Shown: positions 1 through 9,011, counted from the stretch's first letter. The stretch: DNA of 58,567 nt from an uncultured Candidatus Saccharibacteria bacterium (GCA_964559755.1 CAZLHP010000005.1:10901-69467); one strand, 5' to 3'. Made by a program: numbers and translations. The notes: generated by a model not told the origin, from the letters alone.

Positions 1-415
1 TTGATACCAACAACAGCTCAACAAACAACTCATCAGACATTGAGTGGGCTTCTGTTACCATCAACTCTACTCCAACGACTCCAGCTAACCGTCCTCCACA
101 AGCAACTCTCACCGTCACACCTTCAAATCCACGCGCAGGTGATGTTGTCACCATTACAGGTACATACTCTGATGCCGACGGAAATCTTCACAAAGCAACC
201 ATCCGCAATCTAGGCACTGGAAACAAAGGTGCTGATCTCGGTGAATACCCAGCTATCGGTCAACTCGCAGAAATCATCAACGGCTCTACAGCAACTCTCG
301 TTCGTACTTTCACTATTCCAGCAGATGCTTCTGGAACATACTGGTTCCGTACAGAAGTTGTTGATACCAACAACAGCTCAACAAACAACTCATCAGACAT
401 TGAGTGGGCTTCTGT
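1..415 (+). repeat. In-gene tandem repeat with a 360-nt period: nt 1-55 are identical to nt 361-415
   Basis: Direct comparison shows ttgataccaacaacagctcaacaaacaactcatcagacattgagtgggcttctgt at both 1-55 and 361-415. The copies diverge immediately afterwards (tacca vs aaata). Confidence 0.9.
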
Positions 416-2423
416 AAATATACGACCAGCTGTCCCTGCTCCTCAGATAACTATCTCAGCGACACCTTCAACTTTTGTTCGTGGATCTCAAACAACTATT
501 GTGTGGGCAGTTTCTGATGCCACATCATGTACCGCTTCAGGTTTGTGGTCAGGATCAAAAGCTCTTTCTGGAACAGAATCATTTACTCCTGATGCTTCAG
601 GTTCATTTACTCTTGTTTGTGTTGGACCAGAAGGTCTTTCATCTACTGCATCGGCAAGCGTGACCGTTACTACTGGTGGCGGTGGTGGAAACTCTAATCC
701 TACTCCTTTTGTAACGCTCACTGCTTCTCCAAACATTATCCTATCCGGATCAACATCAACCCTCTCATGGTCATCACAAGACGCTATTACCTGTGAGGCT
801 TCTCAGGGATGGTCAGGTGTGCGCACTACTTCAGGTACACAAATTGTTGGACCTCTTAGCGCAACAACAACATATACACTCGCTTGTACAAGCGCACAGG
901 GTAAGGTGGGCACATCAACTGTTACTGTTGGTATAACATCAAACGGCGGTGGAAATGGTGGTTCAAACCCTCTCCCACTTTTTAATCTCTTTGGAGCAAA
1001 TCCTTCTACCGTACTCACTGGAGCAACATCAACTCTCACATGGAACGTGTCACACGCTTCGTCATGTATTGCATTTGATGGATGGACTGGCTCAAAGCCT
1101 GTTTCTGGATCGGAGATTGTTGGACCTCTTTCTACAACAACCGTGTTTACACTTGTGTGTACCGGAGCTGGAGGAACAGCAACATCTTCAGTCTCTGTTT
1201 TAGTAAATCAAAATAATAATGGTGGAGGCGGAACAGCAACATCTTCTCCTGCGGTAGCAATAAGCGCTAATCCTACACGTATACAGGTTGGCAACAGCTC
1301 AATCGTTACATGGTCAACTACTAACGCCACATCATGTACTGCTTCAGACGCATGGACAGGCAATCAGAGCCTCTCGGGCACATTGACTGTTAATCCTACT
1401 ACTGCAGGTACCCTTGTATATACACTCGCTTGTACAGGAACAGGAGGAACAGCAACATCTTCGGTTTCTATTCTTGTTGATCCCGCTCCAACTACTACAG
1501 GTGGAGGCGGAGGAACTTCAGGTGGCGGAGGAGGTGGTGGTGGTGGACGAAGCGGTGGACCATGTATTGGATACAACTGTCCAAAGCCTGCAACCACACC
1601 GGACATCATGATTTCTATTGGTGAAGTACTCGGAACAAGCACGTCGGGTGTGTGTATGACGGGTGACTACATCACTACATATATGAGAAAGGGAATGAAC
1701 AACAACCCTGTTGAGGTTCGTAAGCTTCAATATTTCCTCAAAACATTCGAATCTCTTGATGTTGAGATAACTGGACGCTTTGATGACAAGACAGAACAGG
1801 CAGTTATGGTCTTCCAGGCTCGTTACCCTCTCGACATTCTCGCGCCGTGGGACATCACTCTCCCTACTGGATATGTTTATATAACTACGAAAAACAAGAT
1901 CAACTCTATACTCTGTGGAGCATACCCAGCGTATCAGGGTATTGTAAAGGACAATTCTATCGGTAATGTCCTTTATGAAGACCTAGGGGTCAATGTTGTA
2001 GGGCTCATCAGCGCAACAAATACTACTAATACCATAGATACCAATAACTTGGCCCTTGTTATGGGTAGCTTCAATGATATGCTCATGTCTTTCCTAAAGG
2101 ACATGTGGTGGTATCCATTGCTCATACTCTTGCTCATCATACTCGGGACCACTCTCATCATACGGGCTATTATTATAAAGGACAGAAATATTCACTCTGC
2201 AAAGGAGCACCTCATAAGTGGTGTAACCGCCCTATCGGTAGCGAGCGTGCTAAATGTCCTTAATACTTTGTCCTTTATAATCAACCCTCTCTGGTTTGCA
2301 TCACGTAGCCACTTCACATTTGAATGGATTATGTTTCTCGATGCTGTGAATATCTTTGCTTTCATTGTTATAGGTTTCTTTGTCCTCTTTTCTCTCTACT
2401 TTAGAAATCACTCAGAAGGCTAG
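3..2423 (+). CDS. Large repeat-rich cell-surface protein; its 5' end lies outside the window
   Basis: Frame 3 has no stop from nt 3 to the TAG at 2421-2423, so the GTG at 501 in the ORF track is internal. The translation shows a ~120-aa module whose ending (VVDTNNSSTNNSSDIEWASV) occurs twice, then four ~90-aa two-cysteine modules. A poly-Gly linker (GGGGGTSGGGGGGGGGRSGG) follows. Next is a segment resembling a PG_binding_1 domain (VRKLQYFLKTFESLDVEITGRFDDKTEQAVMVFQARY), then C-terminal hydrophobic helices. Confidence 0.75.
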   Translation, partial: DTNNSSTNNSSDIEWASVTINSTPTTPANRPPQATLTVTPSNPRAGDVVTITGTYSDADGNLHKATIRNLGTGNKGADLGEYPAIGQLAEIINGSTATLVRTFTIPADASGTYWFRTEVVDTNNSSTNNSSDIEWASVNIRPAVPAPQITISATPSTFVRGSQTTIVWAVSDATSCTASGLWSGSKALSGTESFTPDASGSFTLVCVGPEGLSSTASASVTVTTGGGGGNSNPTPFVTLTASPNIILSGSTSTLSWSSQDAITCEASQGWSGVRTTSGTQIVGPLSATTTYTLACTSAQGKVGTSTVTVGITSNGGGNGGSNPLPLFNLFGANPSTVLTGATSTLTWNVSHASSCIAFDGWTGSKPVSGSEIVGPLSTTTVFTLVCTGAGGTATSSVSVLVNQNNNGGGGTATSSPAVAISANPTRIQVGNSSIVTWSTTNATSCTASDAWTGNQSLSGTLTVNPTTAGTLVYTLACTGTGGTATSSVSILVDPAPTTTGGGGGTSGGGGGGGGGRSGGPCIGYNCPKPATTPDIMISIGEVLGTSTSGVCMTGDYITTYMRKGMNNNPVEVRKLQYFLKTFESLDVEITGRFDDKTEQAVMVFQARYPLDILAPWDITLPTGYVYITTKNKINSILCGAYPAYQGIVKDNSIGNVLYEDLGVNVVGLISATNTTNTIDTNNLALVMGSFNDMLMSFLKDMWWYPLLILLLIILGTTLIIRAIIIKDRNIHSAKEHLISGVTALSVASVLNVLNTLSFIINPLWFASRSHFTFEWIMFLDAVNIFAFIVIGFFVLFSLYFRNHSEG
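430..1500 (+). repeat. Four diverged tandem ~265-275-nt modules encoding two-Cys Ig-like domains
   Basis: The protein pattern T(L/I)xW...A(T/S/I)(S/T)C.A...W(S/T)G.....G......P...T..YTL.C.G.GG.ATSS.S(V/I) recurs four times. The first-Cys motifs fall near nt 519, 783, 1057 and 1327. DNA strings such as ggaacagcaacatcttc recur at about 1170, 1228 and 1445. Confidence 0.7.
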
Positions 2424-2497
2424 TCTGTTGGTATCGTTTCGGTTTCTTGCAAGATGGTATACTAAACGTATTATTTTTTTATTACGTTTATAAAGTC

Positions 2498-2872
2498 ATG
2501 AAATCATCATGGGTATGGGTCGGCATTTCAGTCATTGTTATATTTGCGGGTATGTTTTGGTATTTGTCTTCTCCGGGACAATACGATACGTTTGCTCGAT
2601 GTATAAAAGAGAGTGGAGCTACCTTTTATGGTGCTTTCTGGTGCCCTCATTGTCAGGATCAAAAAAAGGAGTTTGGTAAGTCGGCACGTTTCTTGCCATA
2701 CGTTGAGTGTTCGACGCCGAATGGGCAAGGTCAATTACCTGTATGTACAGAAAAGGGTATTGAGGGTTATCCCACATGGGAGTTTAAAGATGGTGCGCGT
2801 AAAAGCGAAGTGTTATCCGTCTCTGAGCTTTCAGAGCTTACTTCTTGTCCGCTCACTCTCGATGCTCAGTAG
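2498..2872 (+). CDS. Membrane-anchored thioredoxin-like protein of the VKOR-associated type (WCPHC)
   Basis: It has an N-terminal TM helix, then GATFYGAFWCPHCQDQKKEFG...PYVEC...C...GIEGYPTWEF. This is the motif set of the Trx-like domain fused to bacterial VKOR homologues. The ATG at 2498 is preferred over the TTG at 2447. Confidence 0.75.
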   Translation: MKSSWVWVGISVIVIFAGMFWYLSSPGQYDTFARCIKESGATFYGAFWCPHCQDQKKEFGKSARFLPYVECSTPNGQGQLPVCTEKGIEGYPTWEFKDGARKSEVLSVSELSELTSCPLTLDAQ

Positions 2873-2892
2873 AGTGTAGTATCATTTTTCTT

Positions 2893-3447
2893 ATGAATCT
2901 CGCTTCTTTTGTTAACGCTGTTTTGTCTTCTGCAACGGTTGCTACCCAGCTACTCACGCTTTTCTTTTGCGTGCTGTTGTTTTCTCGGTCAGCGAGAGAG
3001 TTTTTTCCTCGCGTAATGGTCTTTTTAAAAAAGAGAGCTCTCGCCCTTTCTTTTTGTGCAGCGCTCGTTGCCCTCCTTGGTAGCCTCACTTATTCGGATG
3101 TGTTGGGATATGAGCCATGTAAGCTGTGTTGGATTCAGCGTATTTTTATGTACCCACAAGTGCTCATACTTGGTGTGGCTCTCTGGAAAAAAGATATGTC
3201 AGCCTTGCTCTACGGAATAGTGTTTTCATCTATAGGTGGAATTGTTGCTCTGTACCATTACATGACACAGCTCGGATGGAACCCTCTCAATTTGCCCTGT
3301 GCGGCAGTTGGTTACTCAACATCTTGTGCAAAGGTTTTTGTTTTGAACTTTGGCTATATCACCATTCCCGTGATGGCTTTTTCTGTTTTTGCTTTCATTT
3401 TCACGCTAACACTCATTGCGTACAGGGGTGGTGCATCATCTTCTTAA
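2893..3447 (+). CDS. DsbB/BdbC-family disulfide bond formation protein
   Basis: It has four predicted TM segments. The first periplasmic loop carries EPCKLCWIQRIFMYP (the CxxC..QR signature of the DsbB family), and a second Cys pair lies in LPCAAVGYSTSC. The ATG at 2893 is preferred over the upstream start in the ORF track. Confidence 0.75.
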   Translation: MNLASFVNAVLSSATVATQLLTLFFCVLLFSRSAREFFPRVMVFLKKRALALSFCAALVALLGSLTYSDVLGYEPCKLCWIQRIFMYPQVLILGVALWKKDMSALLYGIVFSSIGGIVALYHYMTQLGWNPLNLPCAAVGYSTSCAKVFVLNFGYITIPVMAFSVFAFIFTLTLIAYRGGASSS

Positions 3448-3453
3448 AGATAT

Positions 3454-3945
3454 ATGACGAATCTTATTGTCCCTATAATCTTTTGTGTGTTGCTTGTTCC
3501 TGGTATTTTCTTTGCCTTTATACCTTTTATTCCGGCTTTGTCGTATATGCTCGTGGTATCTCTTGTGTACGGGGCTATCGACGGGTTCGTCTCGATAACT
3601 GCGTATGAGTTTTTGGTTTTGGCTGGCATTGCAATACTTTCTGTTGTTGTGGACTGGGGAGCGGGGGCTCTGGGCGCTCGTTATGGTGGGGCTCGGATGA
3701 AATCGATTGGTTGGGGAATTCTCGGTTCAATTCTGGGCGTGATTATCTTTCCGCCTTTCGGTGGCATACTCGGTCTTTTTTTGGCGGTACTTATTTCTGA
3801 GATGCGTTATCGTCCAGATAATCAAAAGGATGGTGCTCTTGTTGCGGCGGGAGGCGCGCTCCTGGGAAGCACTCTGGGTATGGCGGTAAATGCTATACTA
3901 GCTACAGTGTTTTTCGCTTGTTTTATTTTCTTTTTACTACTCTAA
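3454..3945 (+). CDS. DUF456-family integral membrane protein
   Basis: It has four hydrophobic segments and the characteristic VDWGAGALGARYGGARMKSIGWGILGSILG...PFGGILG core. Confidence 0.6.
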   Translation: MTNLIVPIIFCVLLVPGIFFAFIPFIPALSYMLVVSLVYGAIDGFVSITAYEFLVLAGIAILSVVVDWGAGALGARYGGARMKSIGWGILGSILGVIIFPPFGGILGLFLAVLISEMRYRPDNQKDGALVAAGGALLGSTLGMAVNAILATVFFACFIFFLLL

Positions 3946-3980
3946 AGTAGTAGGCTGGATTATTATTAATTTATTTTTTT

Positions 3981-4721
3981 ATGGAACAAAAAAAAGAATT
4001 ATCACCTATTGTTTTGCTTGGTTATATTCTCGGTGCGAGTCTCGTCCTCTCGGTATGTATCGGCGCTTTTGTTTTTTTGAAGGCTCGAGCAAGTGACAAT
4101 GTTTTTTCTGTTACGGGATCGGCACGTACTCAAGTCTCAGCTGATAGAGCTCGTTGGACATCGTCTTTTTCTCGCACAGTGAGAGAGTCGGCACTCAAGT
4201 CGGGTTATCAAACCATGGCAGCCGACGCACAAAAAGTTAAAGCCTTTTTTGCCTCAAAGAATATTCCAGAAAAAGATGTGGTCATTTCTCCGATTATGAT
4301 GGATCAGGTATATGACTATCGTCCAGAAACGTACGTTGGTGAAAAAGAGTATGTTCTGCGCCAAACCGTCACCGTGGTGTCTGGAGATATTCACACAGTA
4401 GATAGCGTTGCTCGGGATGTTCAAGTGCTCATCAATCAAGGTGTTCTCTACACGAGTTTCAACATTGAGTATTACTACTCAGATCTAGCCTCACTTCGCG
4501 TTTCTCTACTTGCGGATGCGATTCAGGATGCAAAAGCCCGTGCTTCTCAAATGGCACTATCGAGTGGTCAAAAAGTGGGATCTCTTAAGTCCGCAGCTTC
4601 TGGTGTTGTACAGGTGATGCCGGCGCACTCTATTGATGTTTCTGATTACGGAGCCTACGATACCTCTAGTATTGAAAAGGAAGTGATGGTGACGGTAAAG
4701 GCGTCTTTCTCTCTTCGTTAA
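3981..4721 (+). CDS. SIMPL (DUF541)-like secreted or membrane-anchored protein
   Basis: It has an N-terminal TM anchor. Its size and C-terminal pattern (GVVQV....Y......EKEVMVTVKASFSL) are typical of SIMPL-domain proteins. The family call is made from memory of the motif only. Confidence 0.5.
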   Translation: MEQKKELSPIVLLGYILGASLVLSVCIGAFVFLKARASDNVFSVTGSARTQVSADRARWTSSFSRTVRESALKSGYQTMAADAQKVKAFFASKNIPEKDVVISPIMMDQVYDYRPETYVGEKEYVLRQTVTVVSGDIHTVDSVARDVQVLINQGVLYTSFNIEYYYSDLASLRVSLLADAIQDAKARASQMALSSGQKVGSLKSAASGVVQVMPAHSIDVSDYGAYDTSSIEKEVMVTVKASFSLR

Positions 4722-4725
4722 TTTC

Positions 4726-5478
4726 ATGACTACTATATCCAAAGGAATAGCTATTGTTGCGAGTTGTGTATTGCTCTACCTCGTTTTCTCTACGGACATG
4801 ATTCGTAGTCAAAAAGTGTATGATTTCACATCATGCGTTGCTTATGGAAATTTGGTGATGGAATCGCACCCACGTCAGTGTCGTGATAGAGATGGTGTGG
4901 TGTACGCAGAGAAGCTTGCGTCTTTTGATGACAATCTCGTGCGTGTTGATTTCCCTGTAAAAGATACGCTGGTAACAAGTCCGCTCGTGATCAAGGGTGA
5001 GGCACGAGGCTTCTGGTATTTCGAAGCATCGTTTCCTGTTTCCCTCATAGATGAAGACGGCAATGTTCTCGCTTCGCATTATGCGACAGCAGAAGGCGAC
5101 TGGATGACGGAGGAATATGTTCCATTTTCATCACCTGTTTCTTTTTCCGTTTCAAAAGAGACTCGAGGTTTTGTTGTTCTCAAGAAAGATAATCCTTCTG
5201 GAGATCCAGAGCGTGATGCGGAAGTGCGTTTGCCCGTTGTTTTTTCTCCCAAAAAAGTAACGACACCTGATTCAGTTTCTTCGAAAAAGTGTGTTGTCGG
5301 AGGATGTAGCGGACAATTGTGTAGTGACGCTTCCTCGGAGCCTCTGATGTCGACATGTGAGTATCGTGAAGAGTACGCATGTTACAAAGATGCAGTGTGT
5401 GAGGTTCAAAAAGGCACCGGTGAATGTGGTTGGACAGAAACACAGGAGCTCTCTCTGTGTCTCAAAGGTTCACGATAG
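4726..5478 (+). CDS. Gmad2 Ig-like domain protein with a C-terminal eight-cysteine domain
   Basis: The core SPLVIKGEARGFWYFEASFPVSLIDEDGNVLASHYATAEGDWMTEEYVPF matches the Gmad2 (GerMN-associated) Ig-like signature. The C-terminus KKCVVGGCSGQLCSD...CEYREEYACYKDAVCEVQKGTGECGWTETQELSLC contains 8 Cys. Confidence 0.65.
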   Translation: MTTISKGIAIVASCVLLYLVFSTDMIRSQKVYDFTSCVAYGNLVMESHPRQCRDRDGVVYAEKLASFDDNLVRVDFPVKDTLVTSPLVIKGEARGFWYFEASFPVSLIDEDGNVLASHYATAEGDWMTEEYVPFSSPVSFSVSKETRGFVVLKKDNPSGDPERDAEVRLPVVFSPKKVTTPDSVSSKKCVVGGCSGQLCSDASSEPLMSTCEYREEYACYKDAVCEVQKGTGECGWTETQELSLCLKGSR

Positions 5479-5551
5479 TTTTTTCTTCTGTGGATAGGCT
5501 TTTTGGGTGTATACTAAAAGAGCAGTCACATAATAATTATCAAACGCATAT

Positions 5552-5884
5552 ATGGCTCAAGATTCTCTCATCCACGCTGATATTTTCTTTTTCATCTCAA
5601 GCATCGCGCTCGTCATTATCTCTATTGGAATCACAGTTCTCCTCATCTACCTTATCGGTATAGTGAGAAATGTTCGTGAGATTTCTGAGAAAGTGAAAGG
5701 TGAGAGCGGGGAACTTATAAAAGATATCAAAGATTTGAGAATTGCATTGCGTCAGGAGGGAATCAAATGGAGACATGTTGCGGATATGATACGACACTTC
5801 TTTTCTCAAAAGGAAGACAAAAAGAAAAGTAAATCTTCGGAGCCAAAGAAAAAAGAAGGAATAGTAAGCAGTATTTTTAAATAA
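5552..5884 (+). CDS. Small membrane protein with a Lys-rich tail, function unknown
   Basis: The ORF has one clear TM helix (IFFFISSIALVIISIGITVLLIYLIGIV) followed by a charged helical tail. No motif was recognised. Confidence 0.5.
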   Translation: MAQDSLIHADIFFFISSIALVIISIGITVLLIYLIGIVRNVREISEKVKGESGELIKDIKDLRIALRQEGIKWRHVADMIRHFFSQKEDKKKSKSSEPKKKEGIVSSIFK

Positions 5885-5896
5885 ACATATAATTGT

Positions 5897-6259
5897 ATGG
5901 TACAGAAAAAAACATCACATACCGGTTCAGTAGTAGCGAGTCTCGTTGGTCTCACCGCAGCAGCTGTTGGCGCGTACTATCTCTATGGTCACAAGGACGC
6001 AAAAAAGAACAGAACGCATGTGAAGGGTTGGATGCTCAAAGCAAAAGGTGAAGTTCTAGAGGAGCTTGAAAAGGCAGGTGACGTGACAGAGGCTGGATAT
6101 CACTCTGCTGTCGATGCTGTTTTGAAAAAGTATAATGAGCTCAAACATATTGATACAAAGGAAGTAGACGAGTTCATGAAAGAAATGAAAGCTCACTGGG
6201 CAGGAATCAAAAAGAGCGTTTCGAAAAAGATAGCACCAAAGAAAACATCACATAAATAA
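5897..6259 (+). CDS. Small YtxH-like membrane-anchored helical protein (hypothetical)
   Basis: It has an N-terminal Gly/Ala-rich helix (GSVVASLVGLTAAAVGAYYLYG) followed by charged helices. The resemblance to YtxH-type proteins is weak. Confidence 0.4.
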   Translation: MVQKKTSHTGSVVASLVGLTAAAVGAYYLYGHKDAKKNRTHVKGWMLKAKGEVLEELEKAGDVTEAGYHSAVDAVLKKYNELKHIDTKEVDEFMKEMKAHWAGIKKSVSKKIAPKKTSHK

Positions 6260-6304
6260 AGCAAAAACTCGCACTTCATGGTGCGAGTTTGCTATTATAA
6301 AGAT

Positions 6305-7057
6305 ATGAAACAAAACACTTCGTGGGGTAAGGTTGCTCCGTGGTATGACAAGGTTGTATCGCATGATGATTCGTATCAAACGAATGTAATTTTGCCCAAC
6401 ATGTCCCGTATCGTAGGCGCTCGCAAGGGAATGGAGGTGCTCGATGTTGCGTGTGGGCAAGGCTTTCTCTCGCACGCGCTCGCTTCGTCGGGAGCTCATG
6501 TTGTGGGTGTTGATATTGCTCCTGAACTCATCGCTATCGCCAAAAAACACGCATCGCACAATGAGGAGTTTTATGTTTCTCCTGCTCACAATCTCTCTGC
6601 GTTTAAACCCCTTTCTTTTGATACGGTTGTAATTGTTCTCGCTCTCCAAAACATTGAACATATCGCACCTGTCTTTAGAGAAGTTGCCCGTGTGATTAAA
6701 AAAGGCGGATCATTTGTAATCGTGCTCAATCATCCAGCCTTTCGCATTCCCGACAAGTCATCATGGTCTTTTGATGAAGAAAAAAAGATACAGTATCGTC
6801 GCATTGAGGAGTACCTCTCAGAGTCACGAAAGAAAATAGATATGAAGCCGGGGAACCCAGGAAAAGAATTCACTCTCTCATTCCATCGCCCCCTTCAGGT
6901 ATATTCAAAAACATTAGCCAATGCTGGTTTTGCGATTTCTCGTATTGAGGAGTGGACATCTCACAAAGAGAGCGAGTCTGGACCAAAGAAACAGGCAGAG
7001 GATAAGGCGCGCAAAGAAATTCCTCTCTTTATGTGTCTCGAGTGTCTCAAAATCTAG
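6305..7057 (+). CDS. Class I SAM-dependent methyltransferase
   Basis: Motif I is VLDVACGQGFLSHALASSGAHVVGVDIAPELI, and a post-I acidic residue and motif II-like region (FDTVVIVLALQNI) are present. The ATG at 6305 is preferred over the GTG at 6278. Confidence 0.8.
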   Translation: MKQNTSWGKVAPWYDKVVSHDDSYQTNVILPNMSRIVGARKGMEVLDVACGQGFLSHALASSGAHVVGVDIAPELIAIAKKHASHNEEFYVSPAHNLSAFKPLSFDTVVIVLALQNIEHIAPVFREVARVIKKGGSFVIVLNHPAFRIPDKSSWSFDEEKKIQYRRIEEYLSESRKKIDMKPGNPGKEFTLSFHRPLQVYSKTLANAGFAISRIEEWTSHKESESGPKKQAEDKARKEIPLFMCLECLKI

Positions 7058-7060
7058 CGT

Positions 7061-8224
7061 CTAGAGCGTGTCTTCTATAGACATGGTATAGCGAAGTGCG
7101 TAGAGCATGAGAAGTCCTAGGGCAAAAAAGAGGGCTCGTATGTCTATGAGTGAAAAGAGTACGGTTGCGATTACGGGACTCACAACGTATGCCATCGGTC
7201 GTGTTGTTCGAAAGAAACTGATGATATTTACTTTGCTCACGTCTACTTTTTTAAAGAAATAGGTATCTGCCATAACTTCCACCGATGCTGCTCCTATACG
7301 TGTGATAAAGAGCAGTATAAACCATACCCATGGGTTTGATCCTTCGATAAAGCTGAGTGCACCAGTGGCGAGGGCCATGATTACGAAACCGATAGACATA
7401 ATTTCCTTTTCTCCGTAGCGTGAATCTGCTAGACGACCAAGAGGGGCTTGTACGAGCACAAAAGGAATGAGCATTCCGCTCAGAATGAGGCCGATAACGT
7501 CCCATGAGAAACCCATGTTTTCGTGGAGATAAATAGGCATATAGATGACCATCCACGCATAAAAGAATTGGAGGAGAAGGTGAATAATGAGGGTTGCGCG
7601 TATGTTTCTATCTCCCCATGCTTCACCAAAACCTTTCCAAAAAGGTACATGGGTATACTGGGGGTCTTTGAAATTTTTTAGATTGTGTTTGAAAAGAAAG
7701 AGTACAGGAATGAGGAGCGCGCCGGCCACAAGGAATACTTTTGTAAAATTGTCGTCATTGAGTAGAAACGCAGAGACGGCAGGTCCTACAATCCACGCAA
7801 TGTTTGTGACCGAGAGGAATGTTCCTCTGATTTTTCCTGTCTTTGCATTTGAAGAAAATGACTCAAGAAAAATATCAAAACTAAAACCGGTGAGAGCGAT
7901 CACTACAAAGTTGAGCATGAAGAAGGCAAAAGCGAGAAGTGCATACTCTGAATACGCCATACCTATGAGGGAGAGGAGGGTGAGGAAAAGGAGACCAAGT
8001 ATTGTTTTGTAATTTCCAAAGCGTCTCAGTATACCGACAATGGCAGTAAAGAAGGCGATGGTGAGTAGTGACCCGAGTGTATAGACGATACCAACGCGAG
8101 ACTCATCGATGAACTGCGACAGAAAGGAAGAAGTTATATATACCGTAAGGGTAGAGTGCAGGGTAAAAATAAAGCCAATAACGACAAGGACGAATAAATT
8201 GTGGGATGTTTTTTCTTCATTCAT
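7061..8224 (-). CDS. MFS-type transporter
   Basis: It has about 12 hydrophobic segments in 387 aa and an MFS-like loop motif (GRLADSRYGEK) between TM segments. Confidence 0.65.
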   Translation of the reverse strand: MNEEKTSHNLFVLVVIGFIFTLHSTLTVYITSSFLSQFIDESRVGIVYTLGSLLTIAFFTAIVGILRRFGNYKTILGLLFLTLLSLIGMAYSEYALLAFAFFMLNFVVIALTGFSFDIFLESFSSNAKTGKIRGTFLSVTNIAWIVGPAVSAFLLNDDNFTKVFLVAGALLIPVLFLFKHNLKNFKDPQYTHVPFWKGFGEAWGDRNIRATLIIHLLLQFFYAWMVIYMPIYLHENMGFSWDVIGLILSGMLIPFVLVQAPLGRLADSRYGEKEIMSIGFVIMALATGALSFIEGSNPWVWFILLFITRIGAASVEVMADTYFFKKVDVSKVNIISFFRTTRPMAYVVSPVIATVLFSLIDIRALFFALGLLMLYALRYTMSIEDTL

Positions 8225-8324
8225 CGCACTATTGTAGCATGGGGAGAGGGTAGAAAAAGGTTTTAGGTTGCAGGTGTTAGCTTTCAGGTTTCAGCTTCTA
8301 TCTTCAATCTTCTAGATTCATTAT

Positions 8325-8364
8325 TCTATTTTTTGATAAAACAAAACCCACACGAATGTGGGTT
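8325..8364 (-). terminator. Rho-independent terminator of the 8363-8950 gene
   Basis: The minus strand reads TAACCCACA-TTCG-TGTGGGTT followed by TTGTTTTATC. The hairpin starts within the stop codon. Confidence 0.7.
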
Positions 8365-8950
8365 ATAAAGAGTATTTAGCCAGACTCTCAAGAAACTGGA
8401 GCAGATACTGCTCTTTCACGGCCAAGTAACGGACGGACTTCGGCCAGCCAAGTTCGAACAATGCGAGTTCGACCTGACGAGTCTTATCCCACTGTCCCTT
8501 TCTGCAGCTGGGCGAAAGGAGGGCGAACATTTCCTGGTTCCCGAAGCACTGGAACTTTCTCCGAGTGCCCAGGGCGAAGGTCGAGCCTTCGAACTGATCG
8601 ACTGGAGTCTTGTCTCCCCAAGCGAGCAGTTCAGGAAGCGTGGCTGGGCGATAACCCATCAGGCCCAGTTCTTTGATAGCCTCTTTCGAAGAAGAGACAT
8701 CCTTGCCCAATCTAACGGGCTCCGCATTTTCGGAGACCTCTCCGATGATGGGAAAGGTCCGCTCGTTCACGGCCGGATGAATCCTTTGCTGATCGATTCT
8801 TTCTGAGGAGAGGAGGGCGCTGATAGTAATGACTGTATTCATGGTGGTATAAAGTTTGAGCCTGGTGAGGAAATCTACGATTCGCTTGGCTTTGTGCCAG
8901 CAAGTCAATCGCTTATTTCCTTCCAAACTCAACAGAACACCATCTCGCAT
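8363..8950 (-). CDS. Hypothetical protein on a GC-rich single-gene island
   Basis: This 195-aa ORF has its own consensus promoter and terminator. No motif was recognised. Sampled 60-nt lines hand-count to about 55-57% GC, against about 47-48% in flanking genes. Confidence 0.55.
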   Translation of the reverse strand: MRDGVLLSLEGNKRLTCWHKAKRIVDFLTRLKLYTTMNTVITISALLSSERIDQQRIHPAVNERTFPIIGEVSENAEPVRLGKDVSSSKEAIKELGLMGYRPATLPELLAWGDKTPVDQFEGSTFALGTRRKFQCFGNQEMFALLSPSCRKGQWDKTRQVELALFELGWPKSVRYLAVKEQYLLQFLESLAKYSL

Positions 8951-8971
8951 TCAAAGTACTTTTATTTATAT

Positions 8972-9000
8972 ATTATACACCCGAATATGGCTTTTGTCAA
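8972..9000 (-). promoter_or_regulatory. Consensus sigma70 promoter for the 8363-8950 gene
   Basis: The minus strand reads TTGACA (9000-8995), a 17-nt spacer, then TATAAT (8977-8972). The ATG at 8950 is only about 15 nt from the predicted TSS, and no Shine-Dalgarno is present. Confidence 0.65.
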
Positions 9001-9011
9001 TGTTTGGTAAT

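Noticed and set aside
1-415. A diversity-generating retroelement TR/VR pair as the explanation for the identical 55-nt repeats.
   Set aside because: The copies are identical rather than differing at adenines. They are in-frame tandem modules of one gene, and no reverse transcriptase is present in the window.
501-2423. The ORF-track start (GTG at 501) for the surface-protein gene.
   Set aside because: The same frame is open, with no stop, back to nt 3. It encodes clearly homologous repeat modules upstream, so 501 is an internal codon.
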